Part shown: positions 11,937 to 24,361 of the stretch, piece after piece
Layout of the letters: every line of letters begins with the position of its first letter
How positions within the stretch are numbered: position 1 is the stretch's first letter
NCBI GenBank assembly: GCA_001929475.1
Contig: LXFE01000515.1
Coordinates: 62,001 to 86,626, forward strand
From: Neolecta irregularis DAH-3
Lineage: Eukaryota
Reading direction: 5' to 3'
DNA length: 24,626 nt
The notes under the pieces: generated by a model
What the model saw: only the letters and a program-made list of their open reading frames with translations
Told to the model about the DNA's origin: nothing
The model's database searches: none
Translations under genes and position numbers: made by a program

Positions 11937-14900
11937 ATGGTGCGCCCTGCCGCGCCCTGCTGCGCTGCTAACCAGCACCAGCTGCAGCGCCGCCTCGAGT
12001 CGCTCCACGCTCGCCGCAATTTTCCCAGCCCGGCTCTCTCCGCCCGCGACCCGGGATCTGCCGCCTACTTCCGCCTCGTCAGCATTCTCTATGCGCTGGA
12101 CAGCAGAGCATTGCACGCGGTGCTTGCCTCTGAGCGCGCGGGCCGCATCTCCAGTGGGCAGCTCGGCTGTCCGGTCAGACTGGCGTTTCAGGCAAAGCTC
12201 GAGGCTGTGATCCGGAGCCTTGGACCTCTGACGGCCACTCATAGCGACGTGGCATGTCGCCCAGCAACTTCCATCGTGCCCTCCACTTCACTGGGCGTCG
12301 ATTTTGGAGGTAGTGCCCGCTTTGATGCTGCGGACTTTGGTAAGTCTATCAGACCTCACACGCTGATATTGGAACTCAATCAAGACGATCTCGATGAAAT
12401 TCGTTCCCCCATATTCCCATCCGTAGAGGAAAGAGGTACCTGCTGCATATCCCGCCCTGTACTTATCCGAGCCACTGGTCTATCTGTCCTGAAACACCCG
12501 ACATTCACAGAACTCGCGAGCCAAGGTAACGACTGCTTCTCTCCACATTCATCTCCACTAGAAAGCTCGCCATTTGATGAATTATTTTCAACCGCCTTCT
12601 CGAGTTGTGCCTCGTCGATTTCTTTTGATGACCGGGCCCAAGCTGATCGGATATCCAGCCTTGCCATTGAAACTCAATGGGAAATATTCCATCTCGCATT
12701 CCATGCAAAGTGTTTGGAAGACGATTTCCAGGATATTGAACTTTTGGAAGCCCTTCACCAAGCCGAGAGTTCATTTAATGGACATGCCTTGGCAAATCTC
12801 AAACTCGTTCGTCAGCATCTCAAGACACATGTCCAACGGTCAAATTTGGCTGCTAAAGGGTTCCAATTGCCCCCACAAGCTCGTGATAGTGACATCGCTT
12901 TGCTGCGTCGAGAAGGTTGGGAATCAGGCAGGGTACACCTTAGAGCACTGCTCGCAAAGAGGCCAGCCCAATCAGAGTTTGTCATTCAACCCCAAGCTCT
13001 TATATCCGGTCCAAGCAATCGATTTTACCGTCGGTGGGGTTCTAACAGATTCATCAAGCTCAATCTTTCGGAAATTGAGAAAAAAGACCATCCATCAGTA
13101 AAAAGGAAACTTTTGGAAAGTCACAAGTTTCTCAGTAAGACTTGGAGACTTTTCTATGCCAAAGGAAATACAGCCTTGTTATTCGCTACTGAGGGTGAGG
13201 ATATTTCAAAACCAATGAGTATCTGGGATTTGGTTGACTGGCATATACCCATATATTTTAACCAAAATCTGTCGATGGCAAAGTTCTGGAACCGAATATC
13301 CCTCGGACTTTCAAATACGACTCCTAGCCTTATTTTTACAGAGGATCAGCTCGTTTTTGTCAACGACATACACCCAAAGGGTCTTCCAGATGTTACTCTA
13401 ACTGATGGCTGCGCAATTGCTTCTCCTCAAGTATTTCAGGAAATTCGTAGAATTCTTCGCCTCAATTTTGTTCCGACGGCGGTTCAAGGCCGTATAGGTG
13501 CCGCGAAGGGCGTCTGGTACATCGATCCTTGCGCTGATATTTCATCAGATAAAATTCAAATCCAGATTCGAAAGTCTCAAATGAAGTTTGAGCCTGGCTA
13601 TGAGAACAATCCCGATCTTGGACGGCTCACATTAGACGTCATTAAAGTTTCAAGACCTCCGACGCCTTCCGACCTGAATAACCAGCTAATATCGATTCTC
13701 GCGGCTAATGGCGTCCCCAACGAAACATTCGTTGAACTGTTCAAAAAGGATGTGCAGCGTCAGCTCATGGATATCATCACCAGCGTTGATTTAAACGATG
13801 TGCCTCGAATACGTCACTTTATTGAGAAAGGCGGTCTTATGCATACGCGTTTTCACGGTAGCAAAGATTACCATGAAGAAAATGAACTCTTGCAAACCGG
13901 AGATATCTCTTATCGTCCCAATGGACAGCCCTTTACCGCAGTAGAAACATGTGTTGCAATGCTCGACTCTGGGTTTTTACCTCGTTCTTGTCGATATCTG
14001 GGCGAAAAATTGAAAGTCGTCGTAGAAGGTGCTTGTAAAAATATCAAGGAAAAATTGCACTTTACTGTTGAAAAAAGTACGACATTAATAGCTGGTAATG
14101 AGGTATTATATTTCCTCGATAACTAGTTCAGTAGCAGATCCCCTCGGCGTTTTAAAGGAGGGCCAAGTTAGCATAAGGTTCGCGCAAGGCATGAAGGAAG
14201 AAACCGGATGGATCACAAGTGTCCTTGTCGGGGAGATACTCTTGGCACGAAATCCTGCACTGCTACCAACAGATATCCAAAAGGCTCAAGCTATCGACTG
14301 CCCTGAGCTGCGACTCTTGACGGATGTTATTGTATTCCCCATTCAAGGAAAGCGAAGCTTGATTAGCACTCTTTCCGGAGGTTCGATTCGGTTTTCTCCA
14401 ACCCTGAGATGTTTAGGCGATTATGATGGTGATATGGTGTGGACTTGCTGGGATCAAAGCCTTGTCAAACCATTTCGCAATGCCGATATCATATACTCGC
14501 AGCCCGAGTTATATATTTCAAAGGATGAATATTTCAAGATAGACAAACGCACAGTCGCCCACGTAATTGGAGCCAGTTACTCAGCGGAACGAGAGGAGAA
14601 ACTGCTTAAATACGGAATCGTCGCCCATTTTAACGAACAGAACGAACTCGGTTCATGCTGTAATCTCCACGAACGATTTGTCTACAATTTTGATGGAAAT
14701 CATTTGCTGGCTCTACAACTGGGTCACCTTGCTTCCTACCTTGTTGATGCAAGTAAGCAAGGAATGTCTTTGATACCGACGAAGTGGAATGTGATCCGGA
14801 GCCAAGTTCAAAAACAAGCAATTTATGAACCACTCTGGAAACGATATGGCAAACAAAGCAAGAGATCTGAAGAAAGAACCCAGACTTACATGGAACCACA

Positions 14901-15540
14901 AGAAGTGTTCAATGTTCTTGATGTGCTTTATATAATTGAAGGGCCGAGTCTTGTTGACAGTTATATGACACACTTCAAGAATACAATCAGAGATGGCAAT
15001 GACGAAGATGAGGATATTGAGGCATACTGGGCATTGATGGGAGAGATGGGCTATAAGGAATACATGGACAACCTTTTAAAAGACATGCGAGATGTTAAGA
15101 ATCGATGGAGCCGAGAAACGTTTGATTTCCGCAACCTGAATCCGTATGAGGATGAAGAGAAATATGACAAGGAATCTCAAGCATATAAGAAGGTAAAAGT
15201 CTGAATCTCTCCGAAAAGTAACAGTTAGAAACAAATGCAGAAACGGATGAATGAAATGAGTGCGCTCAAGCCACGAGGAAAAGCCGGTGTTCTACTTGAC
15301 CAATTGAATTCGAATTTAAATGATGTCTGGAAATCTTTGACTGCTGTTGGAGCATGGGTCTCTTTCAGGGGCAAGAACAAGAATTTTCCATTCGAGATCG
15401 CGGATTTCGGTATGTTGATGAAAATAAAGGCCGAGATGCTTTCTAAAAGAGAGGGACAGAAACCTCGATACCTGATACAAGAAGCTTATATTCCTTTGCG
15501 TACTGATAAAAGCTGGTCGGCAGACTGCGAAGATGATTAA
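11937..15540 (+). CDS. qde-1: RNA-dependent RNA polymerase of RNA silencing, QDE-1-like
   Basis: TDGC, QGRIGAAKGVW, ADPLGVLKEGQV, ARNPALLPTDIQK, and SGGDYDGD (after splicing 14381-14416), LVDASKQG. Introns at 12340-12384 (likely), 14095-14131, 14381-14416 and 15193-15228. The start codon is uncertain; gccATGg at 11937 was chosen. Confidence 0.88.
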
Positions 15541-15756
15541 CGAATATAAAATATCGAAGGAGTTTAAGGAGAGTTGTAGAGTAAATTGTTTTTCATCACG
15601 GTTGAATTCTACATCTGGGGTTTATATGGATAAATAAATCCTGTATTAACACTGATGACATAGAAATTCCAATGGATTCATGTATAAGTTGTATATGTAT
15701 AGATGCGGTATCATATCCTTTGTAATTTCAAAACTTGTGATTAATGCCACTCCACA

Positions 15757-17698
15757 ATGGCCGACGAGGAAGGTAAAAAGGATGACGACGCTTCTCTGCG
15801 CAATCGTCTAGGTCATACGAATAAATCTGGCCTTGATAAAGTCGATCGTGATGTGGTCAATCGGGTAATATATGAGGCGTCTCTGGTATTTACACGATAT
15901 TAATCATCTTGGATTACGTTTTTTTAAGTCTTCTAGGGAAGCAAATACTTTGCAAACGAAAAACGAAGGGACGAGGAACTGTACATATCATTTCTATTGT
16001 CTATCACTTAGATCTCAGTACTTGTCGAATCAACAAGATGTTGGTCAATCTCAGCGACCTCCGAAAGCTGGATCTTCGACTAGACCAACGGAAAGCAAAC
16101 GAAAAGCTGGCTTATCTGGAAGCCACTCGAGATCTTACTCAATACATTGTTCATCTCGATTGCGATGCATTCTACGCCTCTGTTGAAGAATTAGATCGCC
16201 CTGAATTCAAGACTCTACCAATGGCTGTCGGACAAGGTGTTCTCACGACCGCAAATTACGAAGCCAGAAAGTATGGATGTACTGCTGGAATGCCTGCCTT
16301 TATTGCAATGAAACTATGCCCGCAATTGGTTTGTTTGCCATTGAAATTTGATAAATATATTGGAAAAGCCAATGAGATTCGAGCTGTTTTGTCAAAAGTA
16401 TGAACTAATCACATAATGTCTCTTAAAAAAGGTAGTTCGATCCAGATTATCAAACAGCGAGTTTAGATGAAGCTTACTTGAACATTACAAAGGTACTATC
16501 TCTTGTAATTTTGCTGATTATTAGTATGTGAACGATCACGACATGTATCCCGTCGATGTAGTATCTCAAATTCGGGCAGAGGTGCTTGAAGCCACTAAAC
16601 TTACGATCAGCGCTGGTCTTGCAGCAAATTATCGACTTGCAAAGATAGCGTCAAATCAACAAAAACCTAATGGCCAATTTGTTATTCCCAATGAGCGAAG
16701 ATCGATTTTGGATTGGATGGCTTCGATGCCTGTCCGCAAGGTCAATGGAATCGGAAAGGTCTTTGAACGAGAATTAAAAGCGATTGGCATAGAAACGTGT
16801 GGCGACATATATGAACATCGAGCATATTTATGTAGATTATTCGGACCCAAAGCCAACGATTTTCTTTTGGACGTTTATCTTGGGATCGGGAAAACCCAAC
16901 ACGATACGAGGGATATCCGCAAGTCGATAGGATCTGAACGTACTTTTCAAGATATCGGCGATCCTGCAGAATTGAAAGCTAAGCTTAAGGAGATGGCAAT
17001 CAACCTGGAGGAGGATTGTCAAAAAACTCAATTGAAAGGTCTTATCATTCATCTCAAGCTGAAAAAGCAGGTGCCCATTTCGCGATAGACACTGACATTC
17101 AGACACACATATGAAGTCATCACCCGCCAGAGAGGAGTCAGTAAATACATTTACAAGTCAGACGACCTATATCAGGCCGCTCTGCCCCTTCTTGAAGGAG
17201 AATTGCCCATCAAAGTCCGACTTATGGGTTTACGTCTGACACAATTGTCGTCCCAATCTCGGACCCTTGGTACTAATCCGGTAAAAATAAATAGTCGAAC
17301 AAATATTAACTATTACATAGTTTTTTTTCAAGAACCTCACTCGTGTCTCTCAGGGATCAAACTACGAAGAACCGAGTAGAAAGAAAGCACGGACTTTGAC
17401 AAATTCCAATATTGAGGATTTTCAAGGTTTGTTTCAAGGACTGGAAGGCAATGAGGACCAAGACTTGGGCGAGGAGGAGTTGGACTATTCAGTACATGCC
17501 GCCGATGATGCAATTCCTGAATGCCCCATTTGCCATAAAGTTGTTTCCTTTAATGATCGAAAATTAAACCAACATATCGATATGTGTTTGAACAGGGATG
17601 TTGTTAAAAAGAGCGTCAAGGATACTATGCAAAGTGGCGAGAAACCTGTGGATAAACAGGCAGATAAGAAATCTTTCTTTGGCGGATGGACAAGGTGA
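15757..17698 (+). CDS. POLK: DNA polymerase kappa (DinB, Y-family) with C-terminal UBZ zinc finger, 7 exons
   Basis: N-clasp NKSGL..IYEASLGSKYF; VHLDCDAFYASVE, TTANYEARKYG, ASLDEAYL, KIASNQQKPNGQ, RKSIGSERTF, VRLMGLRL; CPIC...LNQHIDMCL. Includes a GC-AG intron at 17067-17102. Confidence 0.93.
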
Positions 17699-17866
17699 TA
17701 AACCTAATTTTTATTTAAGGAGGGAGGGATAGGATAATAATGGAGTTTTGTCTAATATAACAAAGTGCTGATTCAAATGAGGGCTCTTCCTCTTTTGGAA
17801 TTGCCCACCATCCTCGACTCGCCTACCCAGTTGTCATGACTCAAGTTGACTGTCTTTGAGTCCCGA

Positions 17867-18657
17867 ATGCCGCAACAGTTTTCTTCAACTCCAGAGAACC
17901 GCACTGTTCCACGAACCTTGTTCGTGCCTGTTAGACGACGAAAGCCAACATCCCTGAGTTCGCTTCATTCTACTGTTTCCGTACCGTCAGCTCTATGAAT
18001 TTAACTTTGACCTTATAGAAATCGTCACAAGACACCACCAATGATATTTATTCAAGCCCTGCAACCCCTGTTGCTCGGCAGGTTCTTTCCGAAGCGGATG
18101 ACCCGGGAAACTGGGGGATCAGGCTCGTCGATAACACTTCATCGGATCAGCCAGGCTGGGCACGTCGGGTCACTGTCTCGCATCCTGAAGTCATCAGAGG
18201 GGCTGGTTATTTGTCGGAGAAGAATGGCTATGTTGTTTGGAAGTGCTGCATAACTATGCTAGAGGTACGATAAAGAGTTTAGTCTCAGTTTTAGGAATAT
18301 CTCGCTGAGCGGATTTAGGGCCATACCATTGTATGTTATAAGAGGTACTCGGACTTTGCAAATCTGCGGAAATCAATAATTTGTGCATTCCCACACCTGG
18401 GTCCTACCATTCCCCGCCTTCCAGCAAAATCTATAGTCTGTAAGTGTTCAGCAGCAGATAAAAGACTCATTTTGCTATAGCTAGATTTCGACCAGCGTTC
18501 CTGGAGAAACGAGCTCATGGTCTCGAATATTTCTTGGCATACGTACGCCCCTGTCACGTTGTATAGCGTGTTTGCTCACATTTGCTGAAATTCTTTACAG
18601 GTTGTCCTGCACCCGGAGATTGGTAATTCAAATGTGCTGAAGGAGTTTCTGATATGA
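17867..18657 (+). CDS. YPT35: PX-domain protein, Ypt35-like (5 exons)
   Basis: The spliced product contains IRLVDNT..WARRVTV..GYVVWKCCI..KRYSDFANLR..FP..IPRLPAKS..RFRPAFLEKRAHGLEYFLAYVVLHPEIG. It is absent from the ORF track because the exons are short. Start codon is tentative. Confidence 0.8.
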
Positions 18658-18793
18658 TATGGCGCATCGGTCGATTTTTGGATTTGCATGTATTTGTAGT
18701 TGAATATTTTTATTGGCTTGCGACGCGGTCAACGTCATATATTGCTTGATATTCAATATCAGCTTGTGTCTTCAAGCTTCACACACCACGCAA

Positions 18794-20249
18794 ATGGTCA
18801 AAGATACTCGTTATTATGATTATCTTGAAGTACTCCCTACCGCCTCGCCGGAGGAAATTAAAAAGGCATATCGCAAGGTTGCGCTAAGAAACCACCCAGA
18901 CAAAAGCAACTTTGCGCCAGGTTCGGCTGAAGCAGAGACCGCCAAGAGGAAATTCCAGGAAGTATTGGGAAGCAGTAAATCTTTGGCTTACTTTCTCAGA
19001 TTAGTGAAGCTTATCAAGTCCTTTCTGATGATAATCTGCGAGCGGTATATAATAAGAGTGGCGAAGCGAAACCAGAGGCGGGTTTTGGTAGAGTCCCAAT
19101 TGTTATATCAAGAAAATTAACAAAGTAGAGGAGGCTATCGATCACTTTACTCATATGTTTGGCTTTGATGCTTTTGAGAAATAGTGCGGATGATATGTTA
19201 GAGACGGAATTCTAATTTGCTAGTATTGGGAAACTTACTCTGATTCGGGATATGTTTAAAGTTGCAGAGATTATAGCAGAGGATGAAGACGAAGACAGCC
19301 AATCTGACACGAAACCCTCACCTCCGTATCCGTCGTCTACAAAGGTACATTTGATTACAGCGGGTGAGCACAACGAGAAACAACAGCTTGCAGCTCTTGA
19401 ATATGAGGATCGCGAAGCTAGAAGAGCAGAGAAGGAACGTAAGCGTTTAGGGATCAGCAAGGAGAAGCAGGAACAGCTCGATGCATATAATAAGGAGAAG
19501 GAGCGAAAGAAGGAGCAACGGATTGAAACGCTTACCAGGGATCTTGTCGATATCATCAGCGTATATGCTGAGACGGATAAAACCAAAGAGATGATGGAGG
19601 CCTTTCAGACAAAGATGACACACGAAGCAGACGAGCTGAAATCCCAGCCACTAGGGGTGGAGATATGCCATACGATAGGGAATATTTACTTTATGAAGGC
19701 AAGTACTTTTCTCAAATCGCATCGATCATTCCTCGGAATTAGCGGGTTTTTTGGTCGACTCAAAGAAAAGCACAGTTCCTTCAAGGAGATTTGGTCTACA
19801 GTGTCGAGGTGCGGTTGTGCCGTCCTGTATCTTTTTGTTAAACTTTAGCGCTCTTGATGTTCAGATCTCTGGGCAAGCCATTGAGAAGGCAAAAGACAAG
19901 GCTGCAAAAGCCGGGCAGGAGTTTACTGAGGAAGACGAACGGATGATGATGGCCGAAGTGTCAGGTATCTTTGTTTCTGCCACCGCAACTGAAACTGCTA
20001 GACAAGATCATGTATGCGGGATGGCGGGCAACTCGCCTGGAGATTACGGGTGTTCTTCGGGAGGTGTGTGATAAAATCCTGTTCGACAAGAAGGTGCCAT
20101 TGGAGAAACGGCTAGACCGCGCAGAAGCGATTTTGATGGTTGGAGTTATTTTCAAGCACGTTGAGCGTGATCCTGACGGCGACCTGAACGAGATGGCGGA
20201 GCTTATTGTTCGGCTGACAAAGAAGAAGAAGAAGGGTGCAACGCGGTAG
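18794..20249 (+). CDS. DnaJ/Hsp40 co-chaperone with DnaJ-X domain (Caj1/Djp1 family), 6 exons
   Basis: [30 protein letters not shown]-domain; [19 protein letters not shown] and [23 protein letters not shown]-domain. Five GT-AG introns. Confidence 0.9.
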
Positions 20250-20297
20250 ATGGACAGGGATCAGGGCGTACTAGACTAAACCACCGTTTTTTATACT

Positions 20298-21852
20298 ATG
20301 CGCCTGTATGGGCGACTTTTGATACATGTTCATCCTCCTCCGCTACTCCAAGATCTCGCCCAGCGCGGTTTGCTCGTCCAAATTGCAGGTGCCGCTCCAC
20401 CAAATACCGAAAATTTCCGCATCTATGCCGGTGCCGATCCCACCGCTCCATCTTTGCATATTGGCAATCTCGTAGCTTTAGTACCGCTGCTTCACTCTCT
20501 TGTGCGTGGAAATTCTCCCACCGCCCTCGTGCGCTCCACTGTTTTATTTTATCTCAAAGTCGTAGATTGGCACTGCGACTGTCCAACTTGGTGATCCGTC
20601 AGGCAGAAATACCGAGCGCAGCATCTTAGCGCAGCATCAACAGCTCGCAAACGCAAAGCGGATCGAGTCGCAGTTGCACAAATTCTTCGAGAACGGATCG
20701 CATTACGCACAACACTATGGATACCATTCCAACAATTTTGCAGCTCCAGAGATACGCACCAATGCAGAATGGCTTAATAACTTGTCTTTTCTCGATTTTA
20801 TGGCTACCATCGGAAGGAATGCACGAGTATCCCAGATGATTGCAAGGGAAAGGTGTTCTCCACTCTTGATCTGTCCTCTGACGTTGCAGCGTCAAAGCCC
20901 GTCTGCAGTCAGACCAGGGCTTGAGTTTTGCTGAATTCTCCTATCAGCTTGTACAGGCCTTTGACTTTTGGACTCTCTACTCAAAACACAAAGTCATATG
21001 CCAGGTAATCTCCCGTTTAATCTCTTCTCATCCAACAGGTTGGAGGAAACGACCAGTGGGGAAATATCAGCGCTGGTATCGATCTGATACACCGCCTATC
21101 CCAAGTTTCTCCTTCAAACATGCCAAATGTGAAACCCTTTGGCTTCACCGTACCTCTCTTGACAAATTCCGCCGGTCAAAAACTTGGAAAGTCAGTTGGA
21201 AATTCATTATGGCTGGATCCACAAATGACGAGTCCTTTTGACTTTTACCAAGAATGTCATTTTGTTGCTATTGGGACTAATCCTTACAGTTCTTCCTTCG
21301 TGTCTCAGACGAACAAGTTGAAAGATACCTGAAGATATTCAGCTTGTTACCGCTGTCCTATATCTCCCACTTGACTGAGAGACATCACAATTCGCCAGAG
21401 GAAAGACTAGCTCAAAAATCACTCGCCAAAGAAGTCACAGCCCTCGTTCACGGCAGAGAAATCCTGAAACGGGTCGAAAAAGCAACGTCAATTCTTTTTA
21501 GTGGAAATGAATCTCTCGAGAACTCTCCAGAGACTACGTCGGAAGATCTGCTAGATGCATTCAAAGACGATGAACGGTTAGTAAGAATACACAGGGGAGA
21601 GATTCTGAGTAAATCCGTTTCCAGCATCATGAAAGAGAACCAACTCGCTCCTTCCAAAAGTATGTTCAAAGGAAGATAATAAGCCAACCTCTAGGTCAAG
21701 CAGAGCAACTAATAGCAAATGGAGGCATTCATATCAATAATCAGATGATAACAGACGTCAGAGCAGTCATATCTCAACAAATGATTGATGGACAAAAATT
21801 ACTTATTCTCAGATATGGAAAAAACAAATTTTTAATACTATATCTCATATAG
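20298..21852 (+). CDS. MSY1: Mitochondrial tyrosyl-tRNA synthetase, 6 exons
   Basis: [16 protein letters not shown] (HIGH motif), [34 protein letters not shown] (KMSKS motif), [14 protein letters not shown]-terminal S4-like domain. Introns at 20529-20565, 20853-20889, 21005-21038, 21252-21289 (GA donor) and 21660-21694. Confidence 0.93.
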
Positions 21853-21859
21853 ATTTGCC

Positions 21860-21885
21860 TTTTAGCCCAAATTTCATGAAATTAG
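21860..21885. repeat. Second copy of palindromic element (TTTTAGCCCAAATTTCATGAAATTAG)
   Basis: 24/26 identity to the reverse complement of 8495-8520; core palindrome AATTTCATGAAATT. Confidence 0.7.
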
Positions 21886-22101
21886 ACCCTATAATTGAAC
21901 ACATACCTACTTTTATAGCCAAAGATTAGATAGACTGTCTATATAATCTTTGTGCGTTAAATGGGAAATGAATATTGTCTTATGTGACATTCATTTGATT
22001 CGTTCACCTTGGTAGGGATTTTTACACATAAATACTTCTGTCCCTGTTATGTCACCATTTTCATGACAATACTAACCAAAAAAACAACTTTCCCACAATT
22101 G

Positions 22102-24361
22102 TTAGTACATAGTGCTTTCTTTCTCATTGGGCATACTGTACCCAGTATTTTTGGCCAGACCCACACGATCAGGATATGGAGAGTCTTGATCTGTGCAATA
22201 AGGCGTAATGCTCTCACTAGGACTACGAATAATCGGTGACGAAGGCGAAGATTCCCTACGCTCAATAGTAGAAGACTCCGAAACAGCTCTTGGAACATCC
22301 CATTTCTCTGCTGGTGCACTCCAGCGGTGTTTCTGAGATTTTCGTATTCGGTCAAATATGTCCAGAGTTGGTGTGCTAGGACTTTTTATTGATCTTTCGG
22401 ATGATTCTGAACGTGAGAGTATTGTAGAACTGACCAATCGCTTAAGAGAAGGTATTTGTATGATCTCATGCCCCGCACCACGCGTTATCATGACGAAAGC
22501 AAGTATTGTTAATAATAGTATCGATTGAGCTATACCAACACGCTTTTGACGAATAACCTTTGAATGTCAACCCGAGTTAAAGTGCGAGCAAGAAGTTACC
22601 TCGTTAGCCAGTACAGTCATACGAGCATTCATCGCTGTCCATTCACGTTCGTGCATTTCCCGTTGTATATTCAACTCCGACATCGTCTCGCGGAAAAGCT
22701 GGTTATACTGTGTACGCTGCAATTTTAGTTATTGCCACTATCAGGTTATATACGAATAGGGATATTTGTGGCAGAACAGTTGCATTGAGATGATCGACTA
22801 TTTTGTATATTTTGTCGGCATGTTTTTTTTCCATTTGGTTGAAGACATCTCGTAGCATGCGAGATTGATCCTCGATATACTGAAGTGAAAGAGTGGCATT
22901 AGTCTCTAAATTTCCGAGACGCTTGGAGATAGCTTTGTAGAAGCTTTCTTGAGTTGAAGGCATTGGAGATATTTGTGATGCTGTTTCAGACGCGATGCGA
23001 GAAGTTTGTGTCTGAAGAGGTGCAGTAACCATAATACGCTCTATTTCTGGTTGGGCTGTTGGGGCTGGAATGGTCACCGACGAGGTCAATGGGCTAATTA
23101 ATAGCACTTGAGAAGTCGATATTTCTGCAAATTGAAATTGACGAGATTTTGGAACTCTTCCAGAAGCAGGACATGAACTTTCTCCTGAATATTCCACCAA
23201 GTCATACCTTTGAGGACTAGACTCAGGTGTTGGTGAGTAGTCTGGTGTATCTCGAGCTCGGTACGGCGAAAACATGATATTGTCGTTATCAGTCTGAACA
23301 TGCTTGTTATCGTCTGGTAGCTCTGTTGTTTGATTCGAAATCCCAGATTTTACGGAAGACTCGTCGGGTAAAGAACTTGTTGCAGTCACTTGAGTAGTAT
23401 CATCGACAATATGGACAGCTTCTTCGTTAAACTTCTCCGGATCTTCTTGTAAACGATATTCTTCCATCATTGTCGTCCCGTGAACCCGTAATAAACTGAT
23501 GGGACAGAAGAATTCAGTACCGTATTGGCTGATAAATTCTATCCGAAGGAACTTTGCCCATATCTGTGGATTGTGGATGGCAAATGCTTGTATTTCCCTT
23601 GCATTACGTGCCTGAAACGTATCAAGTAGCGTCCATGTCGCTGTGGGATAACGATCGCTGACCAAAACACGAAAATCTCGAATCATGCTCGAAAAGAATT
23701 CAAAATTTGCAATAACCACAGTATCTAGGAGGATATGATCGCATAGTTCGATAATAACAAATTTGTCTGGAGCGGAACATTCGTTGAGCATGTAGGAATC
23801 TTTAATTTCGACGAGTATCGAATTTGAACCTTTTGACTCTGGATTCGCCTTTAAAATAGTAGCAGCACAGTCAAAAGATGCGTAGTTAAATCTTTGTTTG
23901 GAAGTCTCACCTGCCTTGCGAGATATTGGCTGTAGCTCCTCAAGTTCCGTATTCGTGGCCTGTTGCGGACTTGAGATTGTCTTTCGAGGTGAGAGATGTC
24001 TAGTAGAATCATCCAGGCTTTCGAGGTTTATGCTCTTGTTGATGTCGTTGGCAAGCTCATCCATGATCTGGCCTTGATCGTTTGTGGGCTGGCGATGGTC
24101 ATAACTATCGGCTTGTTGAGGTGACTGGGCCGAGATCTTGCGCTTCCATTCGTCGAAAGAGAGAAATTGGGACGCCGGATCATCATCAAGTGCAAGTAAA
24201 GGCTCTTTAAGAGCTGGAGGGAAAATCTTGTCCACGGATGAGGGACAGGTATCGTTACCCACCTCCAACCAAGCGAAAAAAGCAGGGTTTAGACAGACAT
24301 CAAGGCCTATGGATAAACATTGACACAGTTGGATTGCTAGCGTCCAGAGCAGCCAACGCAT
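22102..24361 (-). CDS. SLP1: Mid-SUN domain ER membrane protein (Slp1/SUCO-like), at least 3 exons
   Basis: Signal peptide; FLSFDEWK; RFNYASFDCAATILKAN..KDSYMLNEC..ANFEFFSS..CPISLLRVHGTTMMEEY (SUN domain); QESFYKAISKRLGNLETNATLSLQYIEDQS coiled-coil; C-terminal TM segment GIAQSILLLTILAFVMI after two introns. Confidence 0.92.

Noticed and set aside
11416-12242. Antisense/overlapping ORFs of 136 and 172 aa
   Set aside because: Shadow ORFs caused by high GC and by real genes on the opposite strand.
12436-12471. Additional in-frame RdRP intron (GTACCT...CCGAG)
   Set aside because: The acceptor GAG is atypical and there is no conserved protein context to require it.
17777-17859. Two overlapping uORFs upstream of the PX-domain gene
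   Set aside because: The TSS is unknown, so they may be untranscribed or an unrecognised first exon; no supporting evidence.
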